Assembly (NCBI RefSeq): GCF_006345805.1
Contig: NC_043008.1
Coordinates: 67,580,001-67,644,000 of the forward strand
Direction: 5' to 3'
Length of the DNA stretch: 64,000 nt
DNA from: Octopus sinensis
Taxonomy: Eukaryota
A model generated the notes under the pieces. That model had not been told where the DNA came from. It worked only from the letters and a program-made list of their open reading frames with translations, and made no database searches. Position 1 is the first letter of the stretch. The number at the start of each line of letters is the position of its first letter. This document shows positions 1 through 12,082 of the stretch, piece by piece. The translations under genes and the position numbers were made by a program.

Positions 1-266
1 GTCATGAAGAAAAACGTACTTCAGATACACTCGTTTTTCATGCGAACGTAACTGGGATGAAATATGTCATAAATAACACTGACGAATGAAATATACACCG
101 CTGGAAGTTGTTATTGACAAACAAAAGTAGTAACTTTATTCAGCTCAATAGACGTCATTGATTGGTTGAAATTACCCAAATACTACAATTTTAACACGAA
201 ATAACTTCGAAAATATAAACTTTTCTAAACAGCGCTCATAGTAAAAGATGTTCTATATGCTATTCA

Positions 267-2726
267 TCCTCCTCACTCCATCCAGCAATCAAATTCGGAT
301 CGTGTCGATATCCACAGCTTTGTGCGCCGCGTTAAGTTGTGTGCGCTTTTCCGCGACACTTCACCTGCACCTAATGAGGAGGACTGCTTCACCGACCTGG
401 GCTGCCGACCATCCCAGTGGACGCCAGCACCTGGCCAGTTCCAAGCAGTCGATCTTTTTGCGGGCGCCTGCCAGCGTGCTGTGGACCGGCTTGAATTTTC
501 CAAGCGTCCCTGACATCTGAACATCTCTCCATCTGAACTCTTGGCTCTTCAATGTCTCCGACGCCGCACAGACATCATCATAAAACCGGTCGACAAAGGT
601 GGAGCTGTGGTAGTGTGGTGCACGGACCTCTACAAGGCGGAAGCTCTCCGCCAACTTCAAGTGACCTCCTTCTAATGCCCTCTGCCCTCCAACCCCACGC
701 CCAGCTACCAACAGACTGTGTTCTTCTCTATCCATGACCTCATCTCCTCCTCACCGCCTCTAACCTCATTGTCCGCACCCCTCGCACTTCCACTGCAAAA
801 TCCACAAATCTAACAACCCTGGTCGCTCCATCGTCTCCGACTGCAACTGTCCCACCGAACTCATCTCCAGATATCTTGACCGTGTCCTTGCGTCCCTAGT
901 GGCTTCCCTCCCATCTCACATCCATGACACCAGCCATGCTCTTCGTTTGTTCAACTCTTTTTCCTTCCCTCCTGGCTCCTCTAAACTTCTCTTCATTCTT
1001 GACATCAAGAGTCTAATATACACGGGAATCCCTCACCACGAGGGGCTGTGTGCACTCCAACATTTCCTTGACCTTCGACCCAACCCCCAACCGGACACAT
1101 CCACACTCCTTCGTCTGGCCGAACTTTTCCTATCACTTAACTGCTTCTCGTTCGCAGGTGATTTTTACAAACACACAGACTCACACTCATACCTCAAATT
1201 CTCCTCATCCCCCCTAAACACATCAAGATCTCCATCCCCTATTCCCAATTCCTCCGTCTACGCAGACTCTGCAGTGACAACCATGACTTTGAGACTCAGT
1301 CTCAACTCATGGCTCGCCACTTCATCCTACGTGGATATCCCATCACTACTATCCACACCGCCCTTGCCAGAACACGTTCCGTGGACCATGCATATGCTCT
1401 CTCCCCCCGCACCCACCCCTCCGTCACCCGTCTCCCGTTTCCCTCACCTACCCCGCCATCACCCTACCTCCAGTCCGATGCCTCCACTTCGCACATCTTC
1501 CCTAACCGACCCCTCCTTCAAACTAGCCCACAACCTACGAGACCTTCTGGTCCACAGCCGCTTCCCTAACTCAACCTCCCAACCCAGCTCGCTCCTCTGC
1601 TTCCGCCCACGCTGCCGCATTTGACCTAACATCTCCAACACCACCCTCCTCACCGGCACCCATCATCGACCCTATCATATCACCAAATCCTTCACCTGCA
1701 CTTCTAGCAACGTCATCTACTGCATCTCCTGTTCTCTCTGTTCTTCTCTATACATCAGTCAAACGGGACGCCGCTTGGCTAACCGGTTCGCGGAACATCT
1801 CCGAGACATCCGACTCGGAAACGACACTCCGGTCCCGCACCATTTCTGCTTTAACGGTCACTCTTTATAACACCTGTCTGTGTTCGGATTGTCCTTGCAC
1901 AGGGACCATCCGGACTCACGTCTTCGCCGTGAGCAGGGATTAATCTCTCTTCGCTCTTTTGCGTCACACGGGCTCATCCCGCCTTCCCTTTTCATCTAAC
2001 TCTCCTCCTCTCACCTCTTTTCATCTCACACCTTCTTCTTCCCACTCACCTCTCCTCTCTTGTTCTGGCACCTAATTCCTCTCTTCAGTCCTACCTACCT
2101 TCTCCCTTCCATCCTATCCCTTCATCATCACTCCTCCCTCGTTACCCCACCCCTACACATTCTAACCTCACTATCCCTATACATCCCATCGTACCTCCAC
2201 CCCATCCCTTAGACCCCCACCTTTGCTTCCCCCACTCTCGCCTCCCCCACACTCCAACACCACCAGACCACACACCACCACACCACACACCACCATACCA
2301 CACCACACCACATCACACCTACCCGCACACTAGCACTAACCACTTCCCAGCACCTACACCATTATCCACACACCTACACATGCACACAAGGACACGTCAA
2401 TGTCACCAGCACCCTTCCACAAGTTCATACACGCTCTCACACACGCACGCGCACCTTCGTTTTGGGATCACTACTACTTTATTATCTCCCCTTCTCCCTA
2501 GCTCTCCTGTGTGACCCCTTTGTCCGGCATTCACTATGATAGATCGCTAGCCACTATACCTTTTTCTAATTTCTCTCCCTGTTTATTTCTGTGTTTCTTT
2601 TTTGTGGAAGAGCGTAGGCTCAAAACGAAAAAGACTTTCTCACTTCCCGAGCGTTAAACTAATACATCTGTTTCTTGTTTACACACTCGTCATCGTCTTT
2701 TGTTTGTTTTTTTAAAATAAATTCTC

Positions 2727-2730
<4 letters not shown>
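267..2730 (+). mobile_element. Decayed Penelope-like retroelement (RT + GIY-YIG endonuclease)
   Basis: Frameshifted RT motifs IIKPVDKGGAVVVW (~575-620) and LDIKSL(Y)T (~1000); thumb region HFILRGYP; GIY-YIG NVIYCISCSLCSSLYISQTGRRLANRFAEHLRDI (~1709-1810). The RT core between FAGDFYK and HTDSHSYL is deleted. Ends in a pLTR-like tail abutting (TA)n. Confidence 0.85.
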
Positions 2731-2782
<52 letters not shown>

Positions 2783-3384
2783 GTTTCTTTCAGTTTCCGT
2801 TTACCAAATCCACTCACAAGGCTTTGGTAGGCCCTAGGTTATAGTACAAAACACTTGCCCAAGATACCAGGCAAAGGGAAAAGAGGAAGAGTTGTAGAGA
2901 TGAAGTGTTAGGGCGTATCCTTAAGGTACAAGAATGTCAATAAAGAAACAAAGGTCAGAGAATTGAGGGTGGTTGGGTGAGTAATATCCTTCCTATGAGA
3001 CGCTGCCAGTTTTCAACCAATCCGTCGTCAACAGTTCATCTTTGTACATCAATATATCATTTTATTCTACAGAATGCCGTGAAGGTGTTTACGGGCCGCT
3101 TTGTCAGCATCAATATGATCAATTTTCTGGTGAATATATGCTTGGCACCCTAAATCGATCTCGGAGGACTATTTCAAAAACATTTCCAGGTAATATATTT
3201 AGTTAACTTGTCGTTGTTGTTGTTGTTGTCATTGCTGCTGCTACTACTGTTTAGCCCTAGGCCATCACCTATTATACAACAGCGTTGTGTGATTTATCAG
3301 TGCAAAAACCCTGAACATACCTGATCTATGAACATATCTGATCTTGAATAATCTGTTCAAGACATGATCTCAGAGGTCATTTAT

Positions 3385-3407
3385 CCTACTACTACTGCTG
3401 CTGCTGT

Positions 3408-3475
<68 letters not shown>

Positions 3476-3490
3476 ATAATAATAATAATA

Positions 3491-3523
<33 letters not shown>

Positions 3524-3530
3524 TAATAAA
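3385..3530. repeat. Compound (TAC)n/(TAA)n microsatellite
   Basis: Seen directly; one of dozens of simple repeats in the window. Confidence 0.95.
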
Positions 3531-3761
3531 TTTTTCATAGAAAGATTCCCCACATCAAGGTGTGGTGAAAAACGATTTGAAAAAACCTCGTCACAACGGA
3601 GAAAATCCAAATTATGTGGGCGGGCTGTCCCGAAAGTCTGCAAAATTATGAAAATTAACCAGCTAGTATGTGTGTGTGTGAATGTGTGTGTGTGCGTGCT
3701 CGTGCGTGCGTGTGTGCGCATATATATATGTGTGTGTATGTATGTATGTATGTATGTATGT

Positions 3762-3798
<37 letters not shown>

Positions 3799-4319
3799 CG
3801 TTGCTTTCAAGGTTTAGAGCAAGGCCAGCAATTTCATGAAAGGGATAGGTCGATTAGATCGACACCAGTGCTCAACTGGTACTTTATCAACCCCGAAAGG
3901 ATGAAAAGCAAAGTCAACTACGGCGGAATTTCCCTTTATATGGTGCGATATGTTTGAAAGGCACCAAGGTGGAAGGATAGGAAAAGAAAATGGTACGGGT
4001 GGATGTATTAAAGTGAGTAGTAAACCTCAAAAAAGGGAAGAATATGAAGATATGATGGTCAAGCTTCTGAAAATAGACGTATATATTTATTGTACTCGCT
4101 AAAGTGATAGTGGGGCGGGGGGGGGGGGCTGATGAATCAGAAGGGGGAAAGATATGTAAGTAGAGATATGTGCATATAAATGTCTACATGCACTATTATA
4201 TCGGACTGTATGCTTATGTATCTACACCCAAACGCATACATGTATGCATATAGACACATATATACACACCCACATATATACATGTATACACACACACGTA
4301 TATACATACATACATATGT

Positions 4320-4830
4320 ATATGTAAAAAATACAGATTGGGACAAGAACGCAAAACATTTAGAAGACGATACAAAAAACACGGACGAGACGCTGGCCTG
4401 TCGTGGTTAGCAGTCGTCGCGGCAAGACACATTTTTTCTCTCTCAGCCCTAAGGCATTTTTCTAACACGCCAGCTCAAAGTTTACTCGTCCTGTCGAAAA
4501 GACGCCTGTCTGTGACGTCCTATTTTTGTTATTATTATTATCATTATTGTTTTTACGTATTTTTGTATTCTTTTCGTGTAACATTGTCCGTTTTTCCGTC
4601 CTTGTTTTGTATACATTCGAGGCTTTCATCCAAGGAATCTAATGCGCTTGGCTTAGATTTTCCTTTGGGGCTGGCCAGATCGGAGCAATATCAAGATTAA
4701 TCAGCCGAAATTGCGAGGATGATCCGGTTCTTGACTGAAGATTGAAGGCTTCGAATGTCCCGTCCGTGTTTTTTGTATCGTCTTCTAAATGTTTTGCGTT
4801 CTTGTCCCAGTTTGTATTTTTTACATATAC
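4320..4830. repeat. Inverted repeat, ~70-bp arms (~4321-4387 / ~4761-4827), probably Penelope-derived
   Basis: tatgtaaaaaatacagattgggacaagaacgc...cacggacg and its reverse complement, embedded in microsatellites. Confidence 0.75.
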
Positions 4831-4912
4831 ATATATATAGCGACGCCCGTACCCTTTTGGTCTTATATGTAAGTACATATTTCTACATACACACACACAC
4901 ACACACACACAC

Positions 4913-4976
<64 letters not shown>

Positions 4977-5054
4977 ATATATATATACACACATGCACAT
5001 ACATATATGTTTATATACGTGTTATTAAACAAAAAAATTAAAACTAAAAATTAA

Positions 5055-6390
5055 AAAGTTTAAAAATTAAGACATTGGAAAATCAAATAAGGTTGTTGGA
5101 GATTATCTAAAGGGTATTCGGTATATGTATTGTGTGGGGATTTAGGTTGTATATAGATTCGTGGCAAAATTTGAAAGTATGAAAAAAGCGGTGGTTGCAT
5201 GTACCTAGGGCTTCTCTATACTTATATAGTAATATTGAGGAGTTGTGCTTTAATATGTGGAATGCCTCTTTTAGGCATAACTTACCGGCTGAGCGTTGAT
5301 CCTAGTATGGAAGTCCTGAATCCATTATAGACTATGCAACTGTGGGTCATAGGCTGGAGGAGTGTATTTATTAGTGATTAAATTCCAGTTAGTCAAGTGG
5401 CCCTTCTCTGGTGCGATCCAGGATGTTAGTGTACGGCACTGCAATGCTGTCTCATGTCCACGGTCTTTGCAGGTTCTCTGGGATCAAACTTGATAGCGTT
5501 TATATTCTGTTGTTGCTCAACACCTGCAAGAAAAACTTGAACAGTACGGGGGAGATTACTGGGATTCAAAAGGACGGGGGAGATTCTTGGGGAATAGGAC
5601 TGGACATAGTGGGGGTTGATGCACCAACAGTGATTAAGGGTGCAAAACAAGTGGGTCAGGCGTGCCTGAGTGGTGGAAGAAACCAATTAACTATGAGGAA
5701 TAGAGGCGCAGGAGTGGCCGTGTGGTAAGTAGCTTGCTTACCAACCACATGGTTCCAGGTTCAGTCCCACTGCGTGGCATCTTGGGCAAGTGTCTCCCAC
5801 TATAGCTTCGGGCCGACCAAAGCCTTGTGAGTGGATTTGGTAGACAGAAACTGAAAGAAGCCCGTCGTATATATGTGTATATATGTGTGTGTATGTTTGT
5901 GTGTCTGTGTTTGTCCCCCTAGCATTGCTTGACAACCGATGCTGGTGTGTTTATGTCCCGTCACTTAGCGGTTCGGCAAAAAAGACCGATAGAATAAGTA
6001 CTAGGCTTACAAAGAATAAGTCCCGGGGTCGATTTGCTCGACTAAAGGCGGTGCTCCAGCATGGCCGCAGTCAAATGACTGAAACAAGTAAAAGAGTAAA
6101 AGAGTAGAAGTCATTATAGTAGTGATAGAAAAGAGAGAGAAGAGAATGGGCCTGTAGATTAGAGGCTGCGGCTCAGAATGTCTGTGTGTGAGTAGCAGCT
6201 GCCTTGTGTGAGGTGTAGGAGCAGTTTTCCATCGTGGCCCTTACTTGAGCCTTGTAGAATATCAGTAGCGATTGGGGTTGAAACATCTTCTGAACCTAAA
6301 GAGAAAGGCAAGTCTTTGGGATGCAGTTCCAGCTATTCTATGGTTGTACTACCTGCATCTGCACGAAAACCAACAGTTATTAAGTAAATA
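5055..6390 (-). mobile_element. Penelope-like remnant (GIY-YIG C-terminal part) interrupted by a SINE
   Basis: Minus strand reads ..KLCLKEAFHILKHNSSILLYKYREALGTCNHR.., the typical PLE endonuclease C-terminus; WFLPP-like motif near 5680. Confidence 0.6.
5705..6106 (+). mobile_element. tRNA-derived SINE (octopus OK/OR-like family), full-length copy
   Basis: Head GGCGCAGGAGTGGCCGTGTGGTAAG, B-box-like GGTTCAGTCC, CTTGGGCAAGT core, internal (TG)n, tail GAAACAAGTAAAAGAG. At least 15 full or partial copies occur in the window. Confidence 0.85.
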
Positions 6391-6672
6391 CGTCCGAAAC
6401 AATCCTGAGTTATCTCTCTTACTTGCTGTAACTATTTACATTGTAATAACAATATTCATTGATCTAATCTTCTCTTCTCATCACCACATTAGTATTTCTA
6501 ATCAGAGTCTTGATGCTCACTTCATTAAATATGTCCAACCCTGCTCAACTGTTGATCGTTGATCTTCACATGGATGGCACCTCTGAGAGAATCAACATCT
6601 GTGGTTATTTTTGCTAGATATCCTGCTCTGCTATGAGACATGATTTTACTACTAGTAGTACTGCTGCTGCTG

Positions 6673-6738
<66 letters not shown>

Positions 6739-6765
6739 TTACGCTTCCACATTTCTTTATTACAG

Positions 6766-6880
6766 AATCCACAACTGGCATGCCATCGGAAAGAAAACTT
6801 AATATCGACGCTATCGTTGGCTGTGGTGTCGCCTTTACTGCTGTTGTTGTTGTTGTGGCAGTCATTTTGAGGCTGTGGAT
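6766..6880 (+). CDS. Exon encoding the transmembrane helix of a single-pass membrane protein
   Basis: tttattacag| acceptor and |gtaagt donor; phase 1 in, phase 2 out; reads STTGMPSERKLNIDAIVGCGVAFTAVVVVVAVILRLW. Confidence 0.65.
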
Positions 6881-7100
6881 GTAAGTAGGAAGTATTTGTA
6901 AATGTGTACCTGTACCTCACATCACGTAAAATCTCTTTCTCTCTCTCTCACTTTATATATATACAAAAGAGGGGTGTATTTCCATAGCAATACATTTTGT
7001 TGAAAATGTACCTAAATTTGAAAAACTTGTAATTGTTTAAAATAAATTAATTTACATTATTTACATTTGACGGATATTTGTCCTCATCTTGTTTGTTGTT

Positions 7101-7147
7101 AACACAACGTTTCGGCTGATATACCCTCCAGTCTTCATCAGGTGTTT
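7101..7147 (-). ncRNA. Minimal type I hammerhead ribozyme motif
   Basis: Minus strand: AACAC CTGATGA A GACTGG AGGGTATA TCAGCC GAAAC GTT GTGTT; stem I AACAC/GTGTT, palindromic AACGTT stem III. Confidence 0.65.
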
Positions 7148-7216
7148 TGGGGAAATTTCGAACCTGGGTTCTCATTCCTAAGGTATTTTTCGATGTTATT
7201 ATTATTGTTATTATTA

Positions 7217-7248
<32 letters not shown>

Positions 7249-7402
7249 GTTGTTGTTGTTGTTGCTGTTGCTGTTGTTGTTGTTGTTGTTATTATTATTA
7301 TTATTATTATTCACCACTACCATATGTCCACGGGTATATAGCCACTACCATATGTCAACGGGTATATAGCCCAACATTCCGAGTTCGATTCCAGGCAGTG
7401 AT

Positions 7403-7449
<47 letters not shown>

Positions 7450-7507
7450 CAACAACAACATCGAAAAATACCTTAGGAATGAGAACCCAGGTTCGAAATT
7501 TCCCCAA

Positions 7508-7555
7508 AACACCTGATGAAGGCTGGATGGCATATCAGCCGAAATGTTGTGATAA
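7508..7555 (+). ncRNA. Minimal type I hammerhead ribozyme motif (second copy, GAAAT variant)
   Basis: AACAC CTGATGA A GGCTGG ATGGCATA TCAGCC GAAAT GTT GTGAT. Confidence 0.55.
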
Positions 7556-7844
7556 CAACAAATAAGATGAGGTCAAATATCTGTCAAATGTAAATAATGT
7601 AAATAATTTACATAATTCCTTATCTCTTAAATATAGAACTGTATTAAATTAATTTACATATATACCAAACTAGTTTCAATAATATTTTTTTGTTTATCAA
7701 CGGTAAAAATTTAGAATTATGAATTAGAAAAATATCTTTAAAAGGTTCAATGTTGACAAGTTTAAATGTTCATAACAGTCAATAATATCAAAGCTGTGAG
7801 GGACAGACTACCGGTGCACAGGCAACAAATCCGGGACCCCCCCG

Positions 7845-8010
7845 GCATTTCGTCTTTCTTTACATTCTGAGTTCAAATTCCACTGAGGTTGACTTTGCCT
7901 TTCATCCTTTAGGGGTCGATAAAAAAAGCACCAATTGAACACTGGGGTCGATGTAATTGACTTAACCTCTTCCCCAACTTGCTAGCCTTGTGCCAAAATT
8001 TGAAACCAAT
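7845..8010 (+). mobile_element. tRNA-derived SINE with Meta-type central domain (partial)
   Basis: GAGTTCAAATTCC B-box followed by GCCTTTCATCCTTTAGGGGTCGATAAA. Other copies near 9871, 22010, 30065, 31775 and 33640. Confidence 0.7.
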
Positions 8011-8716
8011 ATCATAACTGGACACTTCATTGTTCTGGGAGGAAATATCAACTAGTTCTTCTAAACAAGAACCAATGAGACAACAAAGGAAAACTCAACC
8101 TGTTAGAAAAATCAATCACATTTCTAAAATCCCACCCAACCATCTTAAAAGGAGTCAGAATACATTTGATAGTATACAGCCCTAGGCACCTGTTATGTAT
8201 AATTTAAAATACAGGATCATTAGAGCTGTTATAGTTCTGTTAGATCGGGGATGACCAAGGGTTAAGTAACAATAACATCATCAGTAAATAACTCGTTATG
8301 TTTTTTGTATTTTCACTAACTGAAAATGGAGAAAGGGATAGAATCTGGGGAGCCTGATGTCGTAATTGTGCTGTTTAAATTGTGACAGATGAGCACCAGA
8401 AGGAAAGACATAAGCAGGCAGTAGATTCCAGGATGTGGTGCATCGTTGTCGGAAGAAATGACGGGGGGAAGCAGTTAATGTGGGATCAGTGTGTGGGTGG
8501 GGGTGACGCTACTAGAGTGACGAAAGTCGAAATGACGCGTGAGCCATATGAATCTAAGTGGTGAAAGTACTAGACCAGCCTGTTATTGAATTACCTTAGA
8601 AACAAATCTATATTACGAAATTGAAATTTTTTAAAATCAATATACACCCCCCCCCCAAAAAAAAAACCCCACATTTTCACCTTCTAATGTCCTTTGTTTT
8701 ATTTCTATACCAAAAG

Positions 8717-8786
8717 GAAAAGAAGACAAAAGCAGCCAGTTGATGTGAACGATAACAAAGATCTTGAAATGAAGTTGGTAAAATAG
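8717..8786 (+). CDS. Probable terminal exon (cytoplasmic tail) of the same membrane protein
   Basis: Pyrimidine tract plus aag| acceptor; phase-compatible with 6880 (AT+G=Met); reads KRRQKQPVDVNDNKDLEMKLVK*, a basic stop-transfer cluster right after the TM helix. Confidence 0.55.
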
Positions 8787-9019
8787 AAGATACATAACAT
8801 TTCCTCCGCCCTCTTCAGGTGAAAAATGATGGACATTTTTGTTTCTCCATATAAATTATCAGACATTTTTAGTACACATCTGTAACATTTTAGTAGAATA
8901 TTCAGTATTATTTATATTGAGTGTGGTAAGACTCTCATTGTCAGTATAATATATAGCAGCTGTAACTATACTATTTATTCTTTGAAACTTGTCTTGATAA
9001 GGACATGATTTCTCCACCG

Positions 9020-9352
9020 ATGTCTAACCACACTTGAACTGGCGACGCCAGTGCTTGACGACGTCGTATGATGGTTCCTTGTCACCATAAACTTCTTTCA
9101 GCTCATCAAAAGTCTCTTTTGGCGTACGCCCTTTCAAGTATAAAAACCTGATCGCCGATCTACATTCAACTGCCTCCATTATAACACCTAAGTGCACTTC
9201 AGCAGCCGTAAAAGACAAAAAAAAAATACTAATGGAAAGCTGCAATTTACAATATAACATGAAGGTACATGTATGATTATACCTATACAACTTTCGTTTC
9301 CCGCAATGACCTGAAGTGGATCAGGGGAAATCTTTAATGAACACTCCTCATA
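9020..9352 (-). mobile_element. Mariner 5' fragment
   Basis: Transposase N-terminal HTH CRSAIRFLYLKGRTPKETFDELKEVYGD..VVKHWRRQFKCG; end resembles the TIR of the 13795-15034 element. Confidence 0.8.
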
Positions 9353-10344
9353 TATAACTTTGAATTTGACACTATTCTCAAGTTTGTCGCCACCAGAAAC
9401 AGTCATCCCATGACCATTCAACAGACGAGTTTTGTGGTTCGCAGTCTTCTCAACAAACTCTTTATTAACACTGTCGTTAGTTTGATATAGTGTATACAAA
9501 GTGACACGTCTTTCTGTCACATACTAATCCTAAGGCCATGATCTTTCTCTCGTTTTCAGCATCTCACAACCACGACACGGACTCAAATATATACAGAGCC
9601 GTTGAAATTACTATTACTCTTGAAAAGGAAACCCTTAATTTATTTGTTGTTATTATAATTTTTCTCAATTTACCTACCAAACAGGCTCTAAATTTAGGTA
9701 AAGACATTATAGATAATACAATCTGCCATTTTACTTTGTTTCTGTGATCTCATATCTTCTATTATTGTTCTCCCCGAATATTTATATTCATCAACTTGTC
9801 TATCCATCTTTCCTGTTATTCCAATGGAATTTATAATTATATTTTTGTTTTTATTAATTATCATTGTTTTGGAGCGGCGAGCTGGTAGAATCGTTAGTAC
9901 GCAGGGCGAAATGCTTAGCAGCATTTCGTCTTCACGTTCTGTGTTCAAATTTCGCTGAAGTCGACTTTGCCTTTTATACAATTCGCGCGCACTCGCGTGT
10001 TCAATAAAAATCATCGAAGTATGGAGTTGACAAATTCTTTTTATTATATTGTTTAGAATTGTTTCATCAATTTCCATTATAACTATCCTTGTGTCAAGTT
10101 GGCACCATGTCGGCAATTATTGTTTTATTCCTATGAACTGTGCAAGTTTTCTTTTACAGCGCATGGAGGAACTGATTCATCGGCAGTCTGCAAAAAGCGT
10201 TATGATTTTGCTGTCTCGCCAATAAGTACCTTCGTAACATTTTGAAGCAGGCGGTTACTAATAATCATATTCATTCAAGAGAAATGTACGAAAATTCCAT
10301 CGAGATCGACTTTGCCTTTCGTTCTTTTGAGGGGAATAAAATAG

Positions 10345-11423
10345 GCGCTGGTATCAAAAGATTCATCACTACTCCGCACTGGTCCCAAAAGACTGTATAT
10401 CACCTTGACTGCTGAGGGTTGGATACGAGCCTCCTTTGGAGGGGTTGAGTTATCATGCTTCCATTGCTTCGACTGGACTTTAATCTCAGGATCAGAGTGA
10501 TGGACTCATGTTTCATCTTGTGTGGTAAGCCTAGTGTGATAAGGCTAGTTCTATGGCGCACCAACAGATGGCAGCACACGGTCGTGTGCACAGTGGGAGC
10601 TAGCAGTGACCTTCATGAGGCAGTGTGCTGAGTGACATTACTGTTTACTTCGCAAGTTGGTGAAATTTGTGTTTTTATGATCACATGTATGTTGCAGTCT
10701 GCGATTTTCGTCATGGACAGGAAATTGGAACAAAGAACCAATATGAAATTTTGCAATAAGCTTAGAACGTCCTCACCGGTGGCGAGAGTTGAGTCTACGA
10801 CCCTGACACGAAGCAACAGTTGCCACAATGGAAAATCTCTTCCACGAACAAAGGAGGCACGCAGCTCAACAGTATGCTCATCGTGTTTTTTGACATACCT
10901 GCTTTTGTGATTTGAGAATTCGTCCCTCGGGGCCAGATCATCAACCAGAAGTTCTATTGTCACGTTTTGAAGCATTTGATTGCGGATATTCGGCAAAAGC
11001 GACCAGATCTGGGGAGCTCGAAGAACTGGATTCTTCACGGCGGCAATGCACCCTATCATCTAACACTCCTGCTCTCCTCACTTGTGAGTTTCTCGCCAAA
11101 AACAACATGGCATCGCTTCCGCACACGCCCTATTCACCAAATTTAGCATCTGCGGACTTCCATCTCTTCCCCAAGATAAAAATGCAGTTCAAAGGTCGCC
11201 GTTTCAACATCGTTGTCGAGATCAAGAGCGAAGTGCAGAAGTGTCCTCGACTTGCTTACGGAAAACGACTTCCAGGCCGGATTCCAAAAGTGGCAGCAGG
11301 AACACTGGGACCAGTGTATTGCTACACAAGGTGACTATTGCGAAGATGATCTTAGACTTTTGGTAAATAAGTTATATTTTATTGAACACAACTAGCCCGG
11401 GAATATGTTCGTACCAACTTGTA
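10345..11423 (+). mobile_element. Decayed mariner transposon
   Basis: MDRKLEQRTNMKFC start; HTPYSPNLASADFHLFPKIK (YSPDL motif) and QWDQCIATQGDY C-terminus; internal deletion and frameshifts. Confidence 0.8.
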
Positions 11424-11594
11424 AGTACAAGTTGAGGATTAGTGTCGATGTAATCGAGTAGACAGTTGCCCAAAATTTCAGGGCTTGTGCCTATAGTAGA
11501 AAGGATTATTATTATGATTATTAGTAGTAGTAGTAGTAGTATTAGTATTATTGTTATTGTTGTTGTTGTTGCTGTTGTTGTTGTTGTTGTCATT

Positions 11595-12070
11595 TTATTC
11601 TCCTTACACAGCTTCTAACTCTGAAGATGTACTACGGTGTCAGATGTTCACTATCAGTCAGCTAAAGTAACACCCCTTATTTTTGAGCACCATCCGGAGT
11701 ATTCCAACGGTTCCAAGCAGTGTTGTTTTCTGCAAGTGCTCCATCCTTATTGCAGTCCCTATTTGTTCCATGTACTTCTCAAGATTTTAACTCATTGTTC
11801 CCAGGGCTCCAACAATCATTGGTATTACTACCACTTTTTCAGCGACCACAACCGCTTAACCTCCTGAGCTAACCTGTCATATCTATTGGCTTTTCTTTCT
11901 TCCTTATCGCATATCTTGTTGTCAGCTGATTATGCTATATCAAGATCCAGAATTGTTTGCTTTCTTTCTCAATTAACACTATGTCTGGTTTCCTATTCTC
12001 ATGGTCGCACTGAATCATAAAATCCCATAGGATCATTGCATTATCATTTTCGATGACGCCTTCGAGTTCA
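11595..12070 (-). mobile_element. 3' end of an R4/Dong-like (RLE endonuclease) non-LTR element
   Basis: Minus strand: ILWDFMIQCDHE..KPDIVLI..LAQEVKRLW..VVVIPMIVGALG..LQKTALLGT; ends at a (TTG/TAT)n microsatellite. Confidence 0.75.
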
Positions 12071-12082
12071 TATTAAAAATTG

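Larger units (their letters stand above)
7052..7602. mobile_element. Inverted pair of Penelope-type terminal repeats, each with a hammerhead motif
   Basis: ~150-bp arms 7052-7205 and ~7450-7602 are reverse complements; both contain CTGATGA-stem-GAAA. Confidence 0.75.

Noticed and set aside
3473-7533. Many low-complexity ORFs (poly-L/N/T/V, CVCV, YIYI)
   Set aside because: Translations of microsatellites and SINEs; only 6766-6880 has splice support.
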